A stretch of DNA of 64,000 nucleotides from Lepidodermella squamata (taxonomy: Eukaryota > Animalia > Gastrotricha): contig JBLDXI010000007.1 of NCBI GenBank assembly GCA_047495785.1, positions 3,658,001 to 3,722,000 on the forward strand. Reading direction: 5' to 3'. The position numbers and the translations under genes were made by a program. Positions 61,960 to 64,000 of the stretch are shown here, in pieces (the stretch's first letter is position 1; each line of letters opens with the position of its first letter). The notes under the pieces are model-generated. The model ran no database searches and had not been told where the DNA came from. It worked only from the letters and a program-made list of their open reading frames with translations.

Positions 61960-62924
61960 ATACTTGGTGATAAATTTGTGATAACATCTTTGAAAATGTG
62001 CGAACAATTCAGAATGCCAAATTTTGCAGCAAATTTATATATATTTCTAAAATTAAACTTTCCGGAACCTCCCTTTTCATGGTGGACCGATGAATTATTC
62101 AATTTACCGGAAGAAACCTGGAAAAAGCCGATGGCAATTGGTTTGATAATTTTCGGAATTTTACCCGGTGGTTTGATCTTGGTTTGATCTTTTAAAAAAA
62201 CTCCGTTTAATTTTGATTAAAAATTAGTAGATCATTTTCCTCCGATTCAAGGTTCCACATTGTGGACTAGTCCTCGTTTGATCTGACTTTGACCCTTCTT
62301 TGATCCTCCGAAGATCTCGATGTGATACCAATTTTATACGACTAAATACCAGAAATTCAAGGAGAATTCCGACAAAACATTGGAATTGAAACGTTGGGTT
62401 ACTTTGAAAATGTTAGGATTTGGGATTTTATTAATTTTTCTGAACATCCATTGGGATTTCTGAATTTTCCAATGTGATTGGAATTATTGTTAGTTAGTAT
62501 CAAATACGATACAGTATCAATTACTCCTGATTTGAGCTACAATTGACCTCTTTCTATTCCGCTTTCAGGTTTGATCATCGACGCCTTCGGTGAACTTCGT
62601 GATCAAATGGAGCAGGTGCGCGAGGACCTTGAGTCCAAATGCTTCATCTGCGGCATCGGCAAAGACTATTTCGATAGTGTCCCACACGGCTTTGAGGAGC
62701 ACACAACACGCGAGCACAACTTCGCGAACTACATGTTCTTCCTGATGCACCTCATCAACAAGGATGAGACCGAGTACACGGGCCAGGAGACGTACGTCTG
62801 GAACATGTACCAACAGCGCGTGTGGGACTTTTTCCCGGCTGGTGTCTGCTTCAGACAGCAGTACGAAGTCGAACTCGGCTACGGCGGCGGCGGGGGCGGT
62901 GGCGGTGGCGGTGGGGGCGATTGA
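19416..62924 (+). CDS. RyR: Ryanodine receptor (intracellular Ca2+-release channel), complete gene, about 5,312 aa
   Basis: Exons: 19416-19469, 19587-19790, 20184-20541, 21050-21735, 22378-22866, 23096-23575, 24043-24472, 24544-25106, 25164-25430, 25646-26013, 26100-26423, 26922-27311 (optional), 27980-28066, 28810-29440, 29920-30106, 32460-33034, 41769-42740, 43645-44478, 45875-46301, 46719-47266, 47871-48032, 48437-48568, 48623-49096, 49368-49883, 50550-51698, 54187-54246, 54393-55101, 55675-55940, 56118-56516, 56646-56933, 56992-57057, [57165-57244 or 57560-57639], 58631-59133, 59502-60331, 60681-61755, 62569-62924. Sum 15,939 nt, in frame. Hallmarks: N-terminal SFLRT and [31 protein letters not shown] domains, RyR repeats, CaM site [27 protein letters not shown] and TEFIQGPC Ca2+-site residues, EF-hands, pore [25 protein letters not shown]-terminal CFIC/H/H zinc site. 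Confidence 0.97.
26588..26797. mobile_element. MITE-like inverted repeat in RyR intron 11
   Basis: AGCAGAAAAGAATGAAGCAAATTTC at the left end matches the reverse complement of GAAATTTGCTTCATTCTTATTCTGCT at the right end. Confidence 0.5.
26922..27311 (+). CDS. RyR: Candidate optional RyR exon in divergent region 2 (390 nt, phase 2-2)
   Basis: Pyrimidine-rich acceptor ...GAGTAG|, GC-rich coding-like Ser/Pro/Arg-rich frame, weak donor AG|GTCCCG; symmetric and skippable. Confidence 0.6.
30451..31437 (+). CDS. Intronless TMEM268-like membrane protein nested in RyR intron 15 (same strand)
   Basis: 328-aa ORF with two adjacent TM segments. Motif order matches my recollection of TMEM268: YRRTVGDAL (YRSLAESAL), [17 protein letters not shown] (VIQLWFVYFDLENCVQFL), C-terminal [12 protein letters not shown] (RH..PCPCQL). 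RyR exons 15 and 16 join without it. Confidence 0.7.
   Translation: MFALSNYTHAESRDSSRRSSQERRRATVMAGVRWINQPLTGSTAHLPGPLPSDLFHVVALARFEMCGLFEPEIHVVGRTQFNKHLASPAYRRTVGDALTELLERAHLNASWHFTLQPLFTLIALCFTLSGIFGVLMIGGFRSKVAIVSLALILPATAFFSTMYLLRLRNAALIRATNYLSQWALVHNARNLVSPKELFITLGNDRFATITIQFYALATHACIPPLAALSVRLAGKPRLKIFLARTLEQLCGSSSIWFALLMQELPYWRIVTATLVTLWLAAFDERLVTAEYRHVYDKLCLCQLGARVEKMVANPSTLCSPRSIITQPT
33052..33084. repeat. (ATT)11 microsatellite
   Basis: Perfect trinucleotide run just after the RyR exon 16 donor. Confidence 0.9.
33693..35629 (-). CDS. Nested antisense gene (about 457 aa): unknown N-terminal domain, degenerate P-loop (AIG1/GIMAP-like) domain and CaaX box
   Basis: Exons (minus): 35629-35156, 35107-34985, 34866-34859 (8 nt), 34803-34774 (30 nt), 34481-34369, 34318-33693. 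All GT-AG, sum 1374 nt, in frame. Motifs [14 protein letters not shown] (G1 position), LIIDGP (G3), [15 protein letters not shown]; ends CKLL. Confidence 0.72.
34526..34754. mobile_element. hAT-type MITE in an intron of the nested gene
   Basis: 14-bp TIR CAGGCCTAGCCAAC / GTTGACTAGGCCTG (1 mismatch) flanked by an 8-bp target duplication TATTATAA / TATTAGAA. Confidence 0.75.
35914..35949 (-). ncRNA. Degenerate minimal type I hammerhead ribozyme motif (Penelope-like element type)
   Basis: Minus strand reads CC-CUGAAGA-U-GGC-ccaauaaa-GCC-GAAAC-AU-GUC-GG: both core boxes, a 3-bp stem II, palindromic ACAUGU stem III and a GUC site. Stem I is only about 2 bp. Confidence 0.45.
36313..36472. mobile_element. 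Possible pogo/Tigger-like MITE remnant
   Basis: TA-CAGTG... start, repeated AAACCGGAC / GTCCGGTTT motifs, ...TCAACTG end; TIRs degenerate. Confidence 0.3.
37320..39330. mobile_element. About 2-kb element with long inverted subterminal repeat arrays (non-autonomous DNA transposon)
   Basis: TATTTACACCCACCTGCTGGGTCGCGTTAACTTGCAATTTACACCCACC (about 37357-37405) is mirrored by GGTGGGTGTAAATAGCAAGTTAACGCGACCCAGCAGGTGGGTGCAAATA (about 39192-39240), with tandem GGGTGTAAATAG units. Exact ends are uncertain. Confidence 0.6.
38146..38268. mobile_element. 123-bp MITE
   Basis: 27-bp TIR CAGGGTGGCCACAAAATGCCGCAGAGG with one mismatch to the reverse complement of the right end; no clear TSD. Confidence 0.7.
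39782..40512 (-). CDS. Second, 5'-truncated paralogue of the nested pseudo-GTPase/CaaX gene (about 223 aa)
   Basis: Exons 40512-40449 and 40389-39782 (672 nt, in frame): [29 protein letters not shown]...LIDGP...HDVVLFT...LTNTVLIVT...SSCKLL. Clearly homologous to 33693-34481, with the same intron position. Confidence 0.65.
40668..40963. mobile_element. piggyBac-like MITE (TTAA target duplication)
   Basis: TTAA-CACTTTACCAGCCAAAAATTGACTGCGAGAT ... ATCTCGCAGTCTATTTTTGCAGTTAAAGTG-TTAA; about 50-bp imperfect TIRs. Confidence 0.7.
53033..53062 (+). CDS. RyR: Candidate 30-nt cassette microexon of RyR ([10 protein letters not shown])
   Basis: TTCTAG| acceptor after a long pyrimidine tract, donor TG|GTAAGG, phase 0-0 matching the host intron, no stop. 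Confidence 0.5.
57165..57244 (+). CDS. RyR: RyR mutually exclusive exon 32A, degenerate EF-hand 1
   Basis: CGCAG| ... AG|GTAATA, 80 nt, phase 0-2; encodes [26 protein letters not shown](R). Confidence 0.8.
57261..58589 (+). promoter_or_regulatory. Predicted long-range intronic RNA duplex (splicing switch): 57261-57292 paired with 58553-58589
   Basis: GGGAGCGGGCGGACUGAU pairs with AUCAGUCGUCCGCCCC (16 bp, two bulges), extended by AUGACGAAAAAUGU pairing with GCAUGUUUCAGUCGU. Both arms are GC-rich islands in AT-rich introns and bracket exon 32B. Confidence 0.65.
57560..57639 (+). CDS. RyR: RyR mutually exclusive exon 32B, canonical EF-hand 1
   Basis: TATAG| ... AA|GTGAGT, 80 nt, phase 0-2; encodes [26 protein letters not shown](K). 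Confidence 0.9.
61915..61956. repeat. (CT)21 microsatellite
   Basis: Perfect dinucleotide run in the last RyR intron. Confidence 0.95.
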
Positions 62925-63572
62925 GCTCGCCTCGCCTTTTACTCAACTTCGCCACACCTGCCTTTCATCAACTCGTGACGCCACTGTTTGTTTCAAAGTA
63001 AGTTGAAACTTGGACAATTTCAAAAATTAAGATTTCGAATTTTCTACAAATTTTCAGCCCCGTGTCGAAATTCCGCCGGCTTACAACAAAAATGACGTGC
63101 TATTATCACTTTATTTTGACCAATCGCTTTACGTTATATTCTGATGTAAATTATTCCCTAAATTATGTATTTATTCGAGAGATTCTATTGTGCGAATTTG
63201 ACGTTTTCTGTGTGTTTTTGTTTTTGATCTTTCTCAAAAATCGCCTCAATTTTAATCTGCAAGTATTTTTCCTGTTTCCTCGTACCAAAATACTCTTACG
63301 TGTGACGGCAATCTGATATTCTAAGTAATATCCGAAGTTCTCAATGTCTATAGCCAAGTTGAAAAGTTATGAGTAAATTCGATTTACTGCTATTATTTAT
63401 TATTATCGTTGCGTGCGAAAAAATCACTATGCGAAACAATCAAACTTCGATAAAAAAATTGTTGGAAAAATGCCTGTATAAAAACCAGAAAATAAACAAG
63501 AAATTTGTTAACTGAGAGGTTGCAATTTTTTCCTGATTGAAAAACTTTCATGTCCCAGAAATGGTTCCGTTT

Positions 63573-64000
63573 TCAGTGTTTTCTGACGCGGCGTCGTGTT
63601 GACGGGACAATGCACTTCCTGATGAGTAGCGGTGACGCGATTAAAAGCACATTTCCCATAGCTAAAATGCAAGACACAGAGGCCATTAGCATATACAGAG
63701 CTGGATTGTTGTCGAGAAATAACAGTCCCATCAAAATCGATCCTATAAGGATAATATAGGCTGCTATGAAATATCGAGACCACCAGGTTAGGTTTGCTAA
63801 TTTGAGCTTTGCTTCGCCGCTCAAGTGCAACCTATACCGGCTTCTTTTATACGATTTCAGGACCGATTTGATGAAAACTGCAATGAATAGGGTCCTCAGG
63901 ACGACCAAAGCTATCAAGGTAATTGAAACACAGAAGAGTCCTAGGGCCACAGCGGAGGATGTGAAAGAAGTGACAAACAAGCAATCTAGTCTTAACACCT
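63573..64000 (-). CDS. 3' end of a multi-pass membrane protein gene convergent with RyR (possibly the last helices of a 7TM protein)
   Basis: ORF of at least 141 aa open to the window edge, with three hydrophobic segments separated by a basic loop and ending in a basic tail. Confidence 0.5.
   Translation of the reverse strand, partial: VLRLDCLFVTSFTSSAVALGLFCVSITLIALVVLRTLFIAVFIKSVLKSYKRSRYRLHLSGEAKLKLANLTWWSRYFIAAYIILIGSILMGLLFLDNNPALYMLMASVSCILAMGNVLLIASPLLIRKCIVPSTRRRVRKH

Noticed and set aside
62922-62980. Stop-codon readthrough of RyR
   Set aside because: TGA-G context is not a typical leaky one and another TGA follows within about 17 codons.

Overview
Genomic DNA from an invertebrate animal (short AT-rich GT-AG introns, GC-rich exons; species not determinable from the window). 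The main feature is a complete ryanodine receptor gene on the + strand (19416-62924). I reconstructed it by hand as 36 exons in a continuous frame of about 5,300 aa. Its most striking element is a pair of 80-nt mutually exclusive exons (57165-57244 and 57560-57639) that encode either a canonical or a ligand-dead first EF-hand. A GC-rich long-range intronic RNA duplex (57261-57292 with 58553-58589) would loop out the canonical exon. RyR introns host three nested genes: a same-strand intronless TMEM268-like gene, and two antisense paralogues encoding a degenerate P-loop (AIG1/GIMAP-like pseudo-GTPase) domain with a C-terminal CaaX box. The longer paralogue is assembled through 8-nt and 30-nt microexons. 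Upstream (1-15 kb) are five genes: a secreted Thr-rich mucin/Sushi/WAP gene built from microexons, a two-exon gene of unknown function, two type I membrane proteins with PPxY motifs, and an 11-exon PAN/C-type lectin/kringle gene with an apparently split lectin domain. Several MITE-like elements, a degenerate Penelope-type hammerhead motif and the 3' end of a convergent multi-pass membrane gene are also present. All splice models come from sequence inspection (splice signals, phase continuity, recalled family motifs); none was checked against transcripts or databases.
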